A DNA stretch of 64,000 nt from an uncultured Omnitrophica bacterium (GTDB taxonomy: Bacteria; Omnitrophota; Gorgyraeia; JACQQV01). Within the stretch, counting starts at the first letter, position 1. Every line of letters starts with the position of its first letter. The notes beneath the pieces are model-generated. The model saw only the letters and a program-made list of their open reading frames with translations. It was not told where the DNA came from and ran no database searches. The position numbers were made by a program, and so were the translations under genes. Where the stretch lies: contig CAMTXH010000019.1 of the NCBI GenBank assembly GCA_947085655.1, positions 3,827-67,826 on the forward strand, written 5' to 3'. Shown here one piece after another: positions 9,057 through 18,981 of the stretch.

Positions 9057-10838
9057 TTATGACGCCCCGAGCCGTTTGGCCAAGGCGGCTTTTTCGTCCC
9101 AAAGTTCCTTCGGGACGCGATCGCCGATTTCTCTGAAATGCTCCTCAATCCCCTTCAGTTCTTCCCGCCACTCCTCGCGGTTGATCGAAAGAAGGGCCGT
9201 CAGTTCCTCGTCGGAAAGAGAAAGCCCTCTTCGGTCAATGGCCGAAGGAGCCGGCAGATATCCGATCGCTTCCTCCCTCGCTCCCCCCCGGCCTTCGCAT
9301 CGTTCAACGATCCACCGGAGCACCCGCAGGTTTTCCCCAAATCCGGGCCAGGTGAATTTCCCGTCGGGGCCGATCCGGAACCAGTTCACATGGAAAATCT
9401 TCGGAGGATTCGAAATGCGCTTTCCCATCTCAAGCCAGTGGCGCCAATAATCCCCCATATGATAGCCGCAGAAAGGAAGCATCGCCATCGGATCGCGCCG
9501 GACTACGCCCACTTTGCCGGTGGCGGCTGCGGTCGTTTCGGAAGCCATCGTCGCGCCGACAAAGACCCCGTGCCGCCAGTTTCGGGACTGATACACCAAA
9601 GGCGGCACGCTGGCCCGCCGCCCACCAAAAATAATCGCGCTGATCGGGACTCCTTGCGGGTCTTCCCAATGGGGCGAAATCGACGGACACTGGGAAGCGG
9701 GTGCGGTAAAGCGGGCATTCGGGTGCGCCCCTTTTTCTCCGGAAGTTGGGGTCCAGGGATTCCCTTCCCAGTCGATTCCCTGTTTGGGCGGCTCACCATC
9801 CATCCCCTCCCACCAGACGGTTCCATCCGGTTTCTTGAGGACGTTGGTGTAGAAACTGTTCCGGCTGATCGTTGCCATCGCATTGGGATTCGTTTTGGAA
9901 CTGGTCCCGGGAGCAACGCCGAAAAATCCGTATTCCGGGTTGGTGGCCCAGAGCCGTCCGTCCTTTCCGACCCGCAGCCACGCAATGTCATCCCCAACCG
10001 TCCAGACCTTGTACCCTTTCATCGAGGCGGGCGGGACCAGCATCGCGAGATTCGTCTTCCCGCACTGACTCGGAAAAGCGGCGGCAAGATAGATTGTTTT
10101 CCCGGAAGGGTCCTCCACGCCGATGATCAACATATGCTCGGCCATCCACCCTTCCTTTTTCCCGAGAAAACTCGCAATCCGGAGGGCAAGACATTTCTTG
10201 CCGAGAAGCGCATTCCCCCCATATCCGGAACCGACGCTCCAGATGGTGTTGTCTTCGGGAAAGTGGCAAATGTACTTCCGCTCCGGATTCAAATCCGCTT
10301 TGCTGTGAAGACCGCGTGTAAAATCGTTGGAGTTCCCGAGCTGTTTCCAGGCCACATCCCCCATCCGGGTCATGATCCCCATGTTCAAGGCCACATAGAT
10401 ACTGTCGGTCAACTCAATCCCAACCTTGCTGAAGGGGGAACCGGGCTGACCCATGATAAAAGGGACCACAACCATCGTCCGGCCGCGCATCGCACCGTCA
10501 AAAACCGCTCCCACCTTCCGATACGCTTCCTCGGGATCCATCCAGTAATTGGTCGGGCCGGCGTCTTCTTTATTCCGCGTACAGATAAAGGTCAGTTGTT
10601 CCGTCCGAGCCACATCATTCTGGGCGGAGCGATGCAGATAACAACCAGGGAGTTTTTCCTGGTTCAACTCTTCAAAGTCTCCGACCCGGATCGCCTCCGC
10701 CATCAGTTCCTTCTTTTCCTCCTCGGAGCCGTTGCACCAATAAATCCGGTCCGGCTTGCAGAGGCGGGCCATCTCTTCGACCCATGATAAAACGTGTTTG
10801 TTGTTCGTTCCTGCCTTTGTCATTTCATTTACTTTCAT
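9057..10838 (-). CDS. pckG: Phosphoenolpyruvate carboxykinase (GTP)
   Basis: GSGYGGNALLGKKC, AEHM, FPSQCGKTN, VGDDIAW, RRDPMAMLPFCGY. Confidence 0.97.
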   Translation of the reverse strand: MKVNEMTKAGTNNKHVLSWVEEMARLCKPDRIYWCNGSEEEKKELMAEAIRVGDFEELNQEKLPGCYLHRSAQNDVARTEQLTFICTRNKEDAGPTNYWMDPEEAYRKVGAVFDGAMRGRTMVVVPFIMGQPGSPFSKVGIELTDSIYVALNMGIMTRMGDVAWKQLGNSNDFTRGLHSKADLNPERKYICHFPEDNTIWSVGSGYGGNALLGKKCLALRIASFLGKKEGWMAEHMLIIGVEDPSGKTIYLAAAFPSQCGKTNLAMLVPPASMKGYKVWTVGDDIAWLRVGKDGRLWATNPEYGFFGVAPGTSSKTNPNAMATISRNSFYTNVLKKPDGTVWWEGMDGEPPKQGIDWEGNPWTPTSGEKGAHPNARFTAPASQCPSISPHWEDPQGVPISAIIFGGRRASVPPLVYQSRNWRHGVFVGATMASETTAAATGKVGVVRRDPMAMLPFCGYHMGDYWRHWLEMGKRISNPPKIFHVNWFRIGPDGKFTWPGFGENLRVLRWIVERCEGRGGAREEAIGYLPAPSAIDRRGLSLSDEELTALLSINREEWREELKGIEEHFREIGDRVPKELWDEKAALAKRLGAS

Positions 10839-11343
10839 GATTAGACCACGCCTTTTTCTTGAGGTTTTGAACCGTCACTTCCTGAACGGGATACGGCTCG
10901 CAAACCAGTTCATCCGGTTCGAACCAGAGCTTGATTTCCCGTTCCGCCTCCTCCTCGTTGGTGGAGGCATGAATCACATTTTCGTAGATCCCCCGCGTGG
11001 TAATCCGCCCATACGCCCCCCGGATGGAAACCGGATCCGCTTCCTCCGGATTGGTTGCGCCGCAGATCTGCCTCACCTTCTCGATGGCATTTTCTCCCTG
11101 ATACACGAGCGCCAACACCCGCGGGGTATGGAATTCCCCCATCAGATACCGGATCAGGGCTTCGAAAAAGGGTTTGTCTTGCATATGCTGATAGTGCTGA
11201 ATGGCCAATTCCCGGCTCGGTTTCACAACTTTCGCCCCCACAATGATGAGTTTTGTCTCGGAAAGCCGGGTCAGAATATTACCGGTCAGTGATTTTTTCA
11301 GTCCATCTGGTTTGATGAGAACGAGCGTTTGTTTCTGAGCCAA
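10825..11343 (-). CDS. ndk: Nucleoside diphosphate kinase
   Basis: TLVLIKPDG, GATNP, SIRG.YG, NVIHAS. Confidence 0.95.
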   Translation of the reverse strand: MAQKQTLVLIKPDGLKKSLTGNILTRLSETKLIIVGAKVVKPSRELAIQHYQHMQDKPFFEALIRYLMGEFHTPRVLALVYQGENAIEKVRQICGATNPEEADPVSIRGAYGRITTRGIYENVIHASTNEEEAEREIKLWFEPDELVCEPYPVQEVTVQNLKKKAWSNHESK

Positions 11344-11349
11344 AGAATT

Positions 11350-12186
11350 TTATCCTCTTGTTGTCCGAAAGAGTCGAATCAGACGTTCCCGCTCGGCGGG
11401 TGAGTAGTATTCGACGACGATTTTTCCCTTGCCCTTCCGGTCCGCAATCCGGACCTTGGTCCCCAAAATGCGCTGCAGTTCTTCTTCCACCCGCCGGACC
11501 GCTTCGTCTCTCGGCGGGGTTGTCTTCTTTTTGGATGTCCGGCTGATCCCTTCGGTCTCCCGGACGGTGAGGTTTGAACGGCGAATCTCTTCGAAAAGAG
11601 CGAGCCGCTCGGTGTCGGTCCCTTTAGACAGAATCGCCCGCGCATGGCCCATCGTGAGTTCCCGCCGGATCAGGGCATCTTGAATCGGCTTCGGAAGCCC
11701 CAAAAGACGGATGGTATTCGTCACAGAAGAACGGTCCTTCCCGACCACCTCTGCGACCTCCTCCTGTTTCATCCGGAATTCCTCGACGAGCCGCTGGTAC
11801 GCCCGCGCCTGCTCGATCGGATTTAAATCATCCCGCTGGACATTTTCAACGATGGAACAACGGAGGGCCTCCTCGTCGTTCATCTCCCGGACCACCGCCG
11901 GAATTTCAAGAAGACCGGCCGCCTGGGCCGCCCGGAACCGCCGTTCCCCGCAGACGATTTCATAACCGTCGCTCTTGGGCCGGACCAGAACCGGCTGCAC
12001 AATCCCGCTCCGCCGGATGGAGGCCTTCAACTCTTCAAGGGCCGCCGGGTCAAAATGAACCCGCGGTTGACTCGGATTGGAGCGGATTCTTGCAATCGGC
12101 AAAAAATGGGGTGACCCTCCTTCCGGTTGTTCCGCCTCCGGGATCAGCGCCCGGAGCCCCCTTCCCAAAACTTTCCGTTCCGCCAT
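11350..12186 (-). CDS. parB: Chromosome partitioning protein ParB
   Basis: LGRGLRALI, QPR, GERRFRA, ENVQRDDLNPIE, HTH region. Confidence 0.96.
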   Translation of the reverse strand: MAERKVLGRGLRALIPEAEQPEGGSPHFLPIARIRSNPSQPRVHFDPAALEELKASIRRSGIVQPVLVRPKSDGYEIVCGERRFRAAQAAGLLEIPAVVREMNDEEALRCSIVENVQRDDLNPIEQARAYQRLVEEFRMKQEEVAEVVGKDRSSVTNTIRLLGLPKPIQDALIRRELTMGHARAILSKGTDTERLALFEEIRRSNLTVRETEGISRTSKKKTTPPRDEAVRRVEEELQRILGTKVRIADRKGKGKIVVEYYSPAERERLIRLFRTTRG

Positions 12187-12959
12187 TATGCCGCCTCGAC
12201 TGTTGTGGTCAGGATTTCCTGGCCGAGTTCGCGATACTTTTGCGCCCCAAGGCAGTGATCGTCATACAATGCGATCGGCTTTCCGAAACCGGGCGCCTCA
12301 CTCAGGCGGACGCTCCTCGGAATCACCGTCTGATAGACCTTTTCCTTGAAAAAATTGCGCGCCTCCTGAATGACCTCTTCGGTGAGATTGGTCCGATAAT
12401 CGGCCATCGTCAGAAGGACCCCTCGGAGAACCAGCGTCGGATTAAGCCGCTCCCGTACCAGAGTCATGGTCCGGGTAAGCTGCGAAAGTCCCTCCAGGGC
12501 GTAATACTCACACTGCATCGGGATAATCACCGAATGGGCCGCCACCAGCGCATTCATCGTCAAAAGTCCGAGGGAGGGGGGTGAATCAATAAAAATAAAA
12601 TCGTACTGCCCCACTAAAGGCGAGAGCGCCCGCTTGAGTTTTCCCTCCCGGCCGATTTCTGAAACAAGCGTCACCTCCGCTCCCATTAAATCTTCATTGG
12701 ATGGGATTAAAAAAAGCCCTTGAATTTCTGTTGGACGAACAAGCTGCTCAAAAGGAGACTCATTCATCAAAAGTTGAAAAGTCCCCTCCTTCACGCTTTG
12801 CCTGTCAATTCCAAGACCGCTGGTCGCATTGGCCTGCGGGTCAAGATCCACAAGAAGAATCTTTTTCCCGGAGAGGGCAAGATACGTGGAAAGGTTGATC
12901 GCGGTTGTGGTCTTTCCAACCCCCCCTTTTTGATTGCAAACCGCGATGGTTTCTTTCAT
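12186..12959 (-). CDS. parA: Chromosome partitioning ATPase ParA/Soj
   Basis: NQKGGVGKTTT, DLDPQANAT, DSPPSLG, QCEYYALEG, LSEAPGFG. Confidence 0.96.
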   Translation of the reverse strand: MKETIAVCNQKGGVGKTTTAINLSTYLALSGKKILLVDLDPQANATSGLGIDRQSVKEGTFQLLMNESPFEQLVRPTEIQGLFLIPSNEDLMGAEVTLVSEIGREGKLKRALSPLVGQYDFIFIDSPPSLGLLTMNALVAAHSVIIPMQCEYYALEGLSQLTRTMTLVRERLNPTLVLRGVLLTMADYRTNLTEEVIQEARNFFKEKVYQTVIPRSVRLSEAPGFGKPIALYDDHCLGAQKYRELGQEILTTTVEAA

Positions 12960-13054
12960 AACACTTTTATTTACAAATAGTTACGGAAATAACAGCGAAT
13001 CGCCGAACCCATTTGCATGGTCTCTTATTAGTTTAACAAATTGAGCGCCGTGAG

Positions 13055-14887
13055 TCAATGATCTCTTTGGGATTCCAGAGCGACCAACAAAACAGACAGA
13101 TCGCTCGGTGCAACGCCCTGAATACGGCCTGCCTGGCCGAGAGATTCCGGTTTTATCTTGATTAATTTCTCAAGCGCTTCTTTTTTGAGCCCTTTCACCT
13201 GCAGAAAATCGAAATCTCTTGGAATGACTTTTCGTTCAAGCCGCGAAAGACGCCTGGCCGATTGAAGTTCTTTCTGAATATATCCTTCGTATTTGACTTC
13301 AAGTTCCACCTGCGTCCGGATCTCCTCGGGGATTTCGTTCAACATTTCCGACGGAAGCGGAAGATTTTCGAACCCAACTTCCGGCCGACGAAGAATTTCA
13401 TCAAACCGTTTGCTTCCGGCGCGGAAAGTTTTGAGCCGTTCGACGACCTGGCGAATTCTCCGTTTCTTCTCGAGGCAGGTATCGTATTGGGCGTCTGAAA
13501 TCAACCCGATCTGGTGGCCATGCTTCATGAGCCGGAGGTCCGCGTTATCCTGGCGAAGAAGGAGTCGATATTCCGCGCGCGAGGTAAAAATCCGATACGG
13601 CTCCTCAACCCCCTTGGTAACAAGATCATCGATCACCACCCCGATATATGCCTCTGAACGTTTTAAGATGAACGATTTTTCCCCCCGGATTTTTTGCGCC
13701 GCATTGATGCCGGCCATGATCCCCTGACAGGCCGCCTCTTCATATCCGGTGGTGCCGTTAATCTGACCGGCCAAAAAGAGATTCTCGACTCTTTTTGTCT
13801 CAAGACTTCTTTCAAGTTGCGTCGGAGGGACATAGTCATATTCGACCGCATACCCGAACCGCATGATTTCCGCTTTTTCAAGCCCCTTGATGGTCCGAAC
13901 ATAGGCGATCTGAACATCGATCGGCAGGCTCGTCGAGACGCCGTTCAGATACCATTCTTCTGTATTCCTCCCTTCCGGCTCAAAAAAGATCTGGTGGCGC
14001 GTCTTTCCCGGGAACCGGACCACCTTGTCCTCAATGGAGGGACAATAGCGGGGCCCGACTCCCTTGATCCTTCCGGCGTAAAGGGGTGAGCGGTGGAGGT
14101 TTTCCCGGATGATGGCGTGGGTCCTCTCGTTGGTGTAGCCGATGTAGCACGGGATCTGCTGCTGCCTGATCTTAATCGTTGAAAATGAAAATGGAACCGG
14201 GTGCGGATCCCCCGGCTGCATCTCAAGCTTGGAAAAATCGATTGAGCGGCGGTTGACTCTTGGAGGGGTCCCTGTTTTAAGACGCCCCACCTCAAATCCG
14301 AGTTTTCGGAGGGCATCCGAGAGAGTTCCGCCCGGCGGCTCTCCCATTCTTCCTCCATCCTTCTGATTCTCTCCCATATGAAGGAGCCCCTTCAAAAAGG
14401 TCCCTGTGGTGATGATGGCTGTCCTGCAACGATATTGGACCCCTTCCTGAGTCCCGATACCGACGACTCTTCCCCCCTCAACCAAAATTTCTGAGGCGGT
14501 TCCCTGCTTGATATCAAGGTGCTCCTGTTTTTCCAGAACATGCTTCATGGTGAACTGGTAGAGCTTCTTATCTGCCTGGGCCCGAGGGGCCCAGACAGCC
14601 GGTCCCTTTTTGGTATTCAGCATCCGGAACTGAATCCCTGTCCGGTCGATGACCTTTCCCATCTCGCCGCCAAGGGCATCGATCTCCCGCACCAGATGCC
14701 CCTTCCCAAGCCCCCCGATCGCAGGATTGCAGGACATCTGGGCAATCGTATCCAGATTCATGGTGAGGAGAAGGGTGTTAAACCCAAGCCGGGCGGTTGC
14801 CAAAGCCGCCTCGCACCCGGCATGACCGGCTCCGACCACAATGATGTCGTACGCCTTATCATAGGCAAAATGTTCCACGTGAAACAT
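13055..14887 (-). CDS. mnmG: tRNA uridine 5-carboxymethylaminomethyl modification enzyme
   Basis: GAGHAG.EAA, SCNPAIGG, LKTGTPPR, GPRYCPSIEDK, AGQINGTTGYEEAA. Confidence 0.98.
   Translation of the reverse strand: MFHVEHFAYDKAYDIIVVGAGHAGCEAALATARLGFNTLLLTMNLDTIAQMSCNPAIGGLGKGHLVREIDALGGEMGKVIDRTGIQFRMLNTKKGPAVWAPRAQADKKLYQFTMKHVLEKQEHLDIKQGTASEILVEGGRVVGIGTQEGVQYRCRTAIITTGTFLKGLLHMGENQKDGGRMGEPPGGTLSDALRKLGFEVGRLKTGTPPRVNRRSIDFSKLEMQPGDPHPVPFSFSTIKIRQQQIPCYIGYTNERTHAIIRENLHRSPLYAGRIKGVGPRYCPSIEDKVVRFPGKTRHQIFFEPEGRNTEEWYLNGVSTSLPIDVQIAYVRTIKGLEKAEIMRFGYAVEYDYVPPTQLERSLETKRVENLFLAGQINGTTGYEEAACQGIMAGINAAQKIRGEKSFILKRSEAYIGVVIDDLVTKGVEEPYRIFTSRAEYRLLLRQDNADLRLMKHGHQIGLISDAQYDTCLEKKRRIRQVVERLKTFRAGSKRFDEILRRPEVGFENLPLPSEMLNEIPEEIRTQVELEVKYEGYIQKELQSARRLSRLERKVIPRDFDFLQVKGLKKEALEKLIKIKPESLGQAGRIQGVAPSDLSVLLVALESQRDH
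14871..14886. promoter_or_regulatory. parS centromere site
   Basis: TGTTCCACGTGAAACA matches the parS consensus TGTTNCACGTGAAACA; lies between parAB and oriC. Confidence 0.92.
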
Positions 14888-14901
14888 TCCTCCCTGAGCC
14901 C

Positions 14902-16518
14902 TTAACTGACCACCCCTCTTGACAGAAAAAATTTCTGGGTAATAATCATAACTATATTATTTGTAAGCCAATAGAGAACGAGCCCGGACGGAAGGCCGTA
15001 GAAGATCACACCAAAGATAAAGGGCATCATTGTTGTCATCATTCGTTGCGTCTCCCCCTCGGGGCCGGTCGGGGCAGGGCCTGGCGACATCAATTTTTGC
15101 TGGAGGTACATCGCCAACATCATCAGAATGGGAAGGATATTGATGGCGCTCCCCAAAGGCCCTAATTGAAATGGGAGTGGGATCGCCCGGTCCGGGAGGG
15201 AAAGGTCCTTGATAAAAAGAAATGGTGCCCCTTTCAGTTCGATGGAATGAATCAAGGCCTGATAAAATGCGATGAAAATCGGCATCTGAATCAACATTGG
15301 GAGGCATCCCCCAAGAGGATTGACTTTATGCTTCTTATAAAGCGCCATGATTTCTTTGTTCATTTTTTGGGGATTGTCTTTATAAAGCTCCCGGAGTTTA
15401 TTCATCTCTGGTTGTATTAACTTCATTCTTTGCATGGACTTATAACTCACCCCGCTCAGCGGAAGAAGAAGGATCGAGACGATCACGGTGAGGAGGATGA
15501 TAGAAAGACCGTAGTTTTTTACCCCCTTTTGAATGTGGGTTAAGGCCCACAACATCATTTTGGTGATCCCACCAAACATTCCGTAATCAACGACCGTCTC
15601 CGCCCATGGGGAAAGTTTTTTGAGTTCCGAAAGCCGGTTCGGGCCAAGGTATATTTGAAAAGATTCTTTCAGCTCCCCTTTAGGAGGAAGGGTCTGGGGG
15701 ACTGAGCCGACCCGAAAGACCAGGCTCTCTCCATCCTCGGTGGTAGAGACGGCATAGCCGGAAAGGGCTGCCGCTGGGCTTAGAATGATACTGAAATACT
15801 TCTCCTTGAGGGCAACCCACTGCGGATCTTCATCCGAGACGATCCCCTTTTTGGGAACCTTCCCGGCATGAAAAGCGCGCCGCTTTCCTCCTGTAAAAAC
15901 AACCGCCTCAAAAAAACGCTTCTCATCCGGATAAAGTCTTGATAATGCAACCAATTGGTAATAAAGAGGTAATGTATTTTCAGAAAGGTTTTTAAAGGAG
16001 TAGGAGAGCTTTAGAATATACGGGGAATCGGTCAATTCCACCCTCTTTTCAACCTGGATCAGGCCCTCTGCAGAAACACCCTGAAAAACAAATCTTTGGG
16101 CATTTTGCTCCACCTCCCTGTATAAAATCCATTCTATATTGGGTGTTTTGAACCACAGATTCCCTATAGAATTGCTTACGCCCCCCACTTTTACTAATTC
16201 CAGCGGTTCCCCGTTCTTGTCCAGATAGTCTTTCATTGAAACAGATTGAATAGACCCCTCGTTTGGGTGGATCGCGACGATCATTTTCTCTGTTTCAAGA
16301 AAAAGAGGAGGGGCAGTCGGCTCCTTCTCGCTTGGCACTACCGGCGTTGACTCGAGAGGGAGCGATTCCAGCGCCTCCGGAAGGGGCCTGGTTGTTTTAG
16401 AGGGAGGAAGGGGCTCCTTTTGGGAAGGGAGAGGACCGTAGACCTTACTAATCAGGTAAGGATACCCAAGTAGAACAAGAAGAGAAAGGATAAAGGCCAG
16501 GAGAAAGCGCCTTTCCAT
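14902..16518 (-). CDS. yidC: Membrane protein insertase YidC
   Basis: N-terminal TM, periplasmic domain, NYGLSIILLT, KSMQRM..IQP, NPLGGCLPMLIQMP, PSGLVLYW. Confidence 0.96.
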   Translation of the reverse strand: MERRFLLAFILSLLVLLGYPYLISKVYGPLPSQKEPLPPSKTTRPLPEALESLPLESTPVVPSEKEPTAPPLFLETEKMIVAIHPNEGSIQSVSMKDYLDKNGEPLELVKVGGVSNSIGNLWFKTPNIEWILYREVEQNAQRFVFQGVSAEGLIQVEKRVELTDSPYILKLSYSFKNLSENTLPLYYQLVALSRLYPDEKRFFEAVVFTGGKRRAFHAGKVPKKGIVSDEDPQWVALKEKYFSIILSPAAALSGYAVSTTEDGESLVFRVGSVPQTLPPKGELKESFQIYLGPNRLSELKKLSPWAETVVDYGMFGGITKMMLWALTHIQKGVKNYGLSIILLTVIVSILLLPLSGVSYKSMQRMKLIQPEMNKLRELYKDNPQKMNKEIMALYKKHKVNPLGGCLPMLIQMPIFIAFYQALIHSIELKGAPFLFIKDLSLPDRAIPLPFQLGPLGSAINILPILMMLAMYLQQKLMSPGPAPTGPEGETQRMMTTMMPFIFGVIFYGLPSGLVLYWLTNNIVMIITQKFFLSRGVVS

Positions 16519-16526
16519 CGTTTTCC

Positions 16527-16811
16527 TTAACGCGAAGGAGGCGGGGGTTCATCCACGCCTCCCTCCGAAAACGGACGGCAACGGAAAAGGCGCCTTGTGG
16601 CATAATAGAGCCCCTGAAAAGCCCCGTGGGAATGAATCGCTTCGAGGGCATAGTGGGAACAGGAAGGGTAAAACCGGCACTTTCCGACGAGAAAAGGGGA
16701 GAGTCCTAATTGGTAAAGCCGGATCAAACAAAGAAGAGATCCCTTCAGGAGCGATTCTCCAACTGCCTGAAGTGATTTTCGATTTCTTGTCGGATGGCTT
16801 GAAATGTCCAT
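16527..16811 (-). CDS. yidD: Membrane protein insertion efficiency factor YidD
   Basis: IRLYQ..LSP, CRFYPSCSHY, RLFRCRPF..GG.D. Confidence 0.93.
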   Translation of the reverse strand: MDISSHPTRNRKSLQAVGESLLKGSLLCLIRLYQLGLSPFLVGKCRFYPSCSHYALEAIHSHGAFQGLYYATRRLFRCRPFSEGGVDEPPPPSR

Positions 16812-17059
16812 TTTTCCTTTCGTTTCACCCGGATCAGAAACCCTTTGGCTCCGCCGGCCGGTTTGCCTTCTTCCTTTTGAAAAAGCCGGACCGCCTCACG
16901 GATCTGCCGGCGGACCCGGTTTCGGGAAGTGCTGTTCGGATAAAGAGCGCGCGGAATTGAAATTCCGAAATTTCCTTCTTCGCTACCTAATTTATTATAA
17001 ATAAAAAGGTTAGACCATTTTCCTTTTGAGGTAAAAAGGGGGGGAGGTCTTTTCCTCAC
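16745..17059 (-). CDS. rnpA: Ribonuclease P protein component
   Basis: FGISI...[12 protein letters not shown] (RNR motif); GTG start overlaps the rpmH stop; rpmH-rnpA-yidD-yidC synteny. Confidence 0.8.
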   Translation of the reverse strand: MRKRPPPLFTSKGKWSNLFIYNKLGSEEGNFGISIPRALYPNSTSRNRVRRQIREAVRLFQKEEGKPAGGAKGFLIRVKRKEKWTFQAIRQEIENHFRQLENRS

Positions 17060-17193
17060 GGAGCAAGGCGTTTCCGGCCCTTCCGCCGCCTCCGGGCAAA
17101 GACCTTTCGGCCGCCCTTTGAGTGCATCCGGCGGCGAAAACCGTGGACCCGCTTGCGTCGAAGGTTGGACTTTCGCGTCAGCCGTTTCTTCAT
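17056..17193 (-). CDS. rpmH: 50S ribosomal protein L34
   Basis: Below the ORF-track size cutoff; translates to [45 protein letters not shown]. Confidence 0.94.
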   Translation of the reverse strand: MKKRLTRKSNLRRKRVHGFRRRMHSKGGRKVFARRRRKGRKRLAP

Positions 17194-17357
17194 GGGTAGA
17201 TGGAAAATTATAAAAATATCCCTTTCTCCCGTCAAGGAAAATCTCTCGAAAAAATTTCTTGAATCCCACTTTTTTGCCTGCTATAATGAGGCCGATTTTT
17301 GGAATTCTCGTCGAAATGACCCCGATAAAAATCGGAAAAGAGGATAGAATACCCCCC

Positions 17358-17519
17358 TGTGAATAACATGTGTGTAACGGGTAGCTCCGGGCAGGGAAGG
17401 GGGGTTTCAAAAACGGACCCTCCAAGCGTAGATATCGTCTAACTTCCAAAAACGACCCTTGTTAAGGAAAAGGGTTCCCTGTGGATGAACCTTTGAACAT
17501 GTGGATAACCTGTGGATTT
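17358..17519. promoter_or_regulatory. DnaA box cluster upstream of dnaA (part of oriC)
   Basis: TGTGAATAA 17358-17366, TGTGGATGA 17480-17488, TGTGGATAA 17500-17508 (perfect), TGTGGATTT 17511-17519. Confidence 0.8.
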
Positions 17520-18882
17520 TCCAATGGATGACCCTAAAAAAAGAGCTCGTGAAATCTGGCAGGAAACTCTCTCGGTTCTAAAGGAAAGGCTCGGTTCCCG
17601 GAACCACGAAACATGGTTTCACGGGACGCGCGGAATCAATATTCAAAACGGCGCCATCACGGTTTCGGTCCCGAACAAATTCTGCAAGGAGTGGATTGAG
17701 GACAAATACCGTTCTCTCATCAGAGAGGCGGTCGATGCGGCCGGATCCAAGGAGTTGGATGTGGAGTTTGTGGTGCAGGAAGGGGAGTTGATTACGGAAG
17801 AGGCGCCGGAGGCCCCGCCGGTTGAGATCAAGCAGGAAAAGCCGGGTTTCCTTTCTTACGGCGAAAGTCCGTTTAACCCCCGCTACACATTCGATTCCTT
17901 TGTCGTCGGTCCGAGTAACCGTTTTGCCCAGGCCGCCTCCTTGGCGGTTGCAGAAAGTCCTGCCCGGGCCTACAACCCCCTTTTCATCTATGGAGGGGTC
18001 GGTCTCGGGAAGACCCATCTGATGCAGGCGATCGGCCAGGCCCTTCTCCAAAAAAACCCGAACGCCAAGATCCTTTATATTTCGAGTGAGCGGTTCACCA
18101 ACCAGCTCATCACAGCCATTCAGAACCGGACGACGCTTTCTTTCCGTGAGAAATACCGGAATCTGGACGCCCTTTTAATCGACGACATCCATTTCATCGC
18201 CGGCAAGGAGGCGACCCAGGAGGAATTTTTCCATACCTTTAATACCCTGTACGATGCCCATAGGCAGATTATTCTTTCGAGCGATCGGCCCCCAAAGGAG
18301 ATCCAGGCCCTGGAAGAGCGGCTGGTCTCCCGTTTTGAGTGGGGACTGGTGACCGATATTCAAAAACCGGACCTGGAAACCCGGATCGCCATCCTCCGGA
18401 AAAAAATCGAGATGAACCGCGTCTCCGTGCCGGAGGAGGCGCTCCTTTTCATCGCCGAGAAGGTGACTTCAAACATCCGTGAGCTTGAGGGGGCTCTGAT
18501 GCGAGTGGTGGCCTATTCCTCGATTTTTGAAAAGGAAATTACTTCAGGACTGGCTAAGGAAGTCTTGAAGGAAATGCTCCTTGAAGAGGAAAAGCGGGTC
18601 ACGGTGGATCTGATCCAAAAGAAGGTGGCGGAGCATTTTGACATCCGGATCCAGGATATGAAGGTAAAAAGGCGAAGCAAGGCGGTTGCTTATCCGAGGC
18701 AGATTGCCATGTACCTTGTCCGGGAAATGACGGATCACTCCCTCCCGGAAATCGGGGAGTTTTTTGGGGGGAGAGACCATACGACGGTCCTCTACGCGCA
18801 TCAGCGGATTCAAAAAGAACTCAAGGGAAATCAACAGGCCCAACACCTTATCCACAAACTTATCTCGGATATAACATCCTGA
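17512..18882 (+). CDS. dnaA: Chromosomal replication initiator DnaA (start may be ATG 17524)
   Basis: YTFDSFVVG, YNPLFIYGGVGLGKTHL, LIDDI, RELEGAL, GGRDHTTV. Confidence 0.98.
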   Translation: MDFPMDDPKKRAREIWQETLSVLKERLGSRNHETWFHGTRGINIQNGAITVSVPNKFCKEWIEDKYRSLIREAVDAAGSKELDVEFVVQEGELITEEAPEAPPVEIKQEKPGFLSYGESPFNPRYTFDSFVVGPSNRFAQAASLAVAESPARAYNPLFIYGGVGLGKTHLMQAIGQALLQKNPNAKILYISSERFTNQLITAIQNRTTLSFREKYRNLDALLIDDIHFIAGKEATQEEFFHTFNTLYDAHRQIILSSDRPPKEIQALEERLVSRFEWGLVTDIQKPDLETRIAILRKKIEMNRVSVPEEALLFIAEKVTSNIRELEGALMRVVAYSSIFEKEITSGLAKEVLKEMLLEEEKRVTVDLIQKKVAEHFDIRIQDMKVKRRSKAVAYPRQIAMYLVREMTDHSLPEIGEFFGGRDHTTVLYAHQRIQKELKGNQQAQHLIHKLISDITS

Positions 18883-18965
18883 TGCTAGGGGGGTATGAGG
18901 GTTCTAGACACATTCACAGTCTCTAATAAGTACTACTACTTTTTAATTAAGTAACTAAGTAACAA
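18848..18965. other. oriC unwinding region (DnaA boxes + DnaA-trio-like repeats + AT-rich tract)
   Basis: TTATCCACA 18848-18856, ACATTCACA 18910-18918, then GTCTC and TAATAAGTACTACTACT followed by TTTTAATTAA; coding strand switches at this locus. Confidence 0.8.
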
Positions 18966-18981
18966 AAAGAAGGAGGAGACC

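Noticed and set aside
9138-10787. 549-aa plus-strand ORF
   Set aside because: Antisense to the clearly conserved pckG.
12960-13054. AT-rich motif TTTACAAATAGTTA as an IHF or dif-like site
   Set aside because: Too weak a match to support.
17060-17449. N-terminal extension of the 234-aa rnpA ORF
   Set aside because: Overlaps rpmH in another frame and the DnaA-box region; RnpA similarity starts only at 17059.
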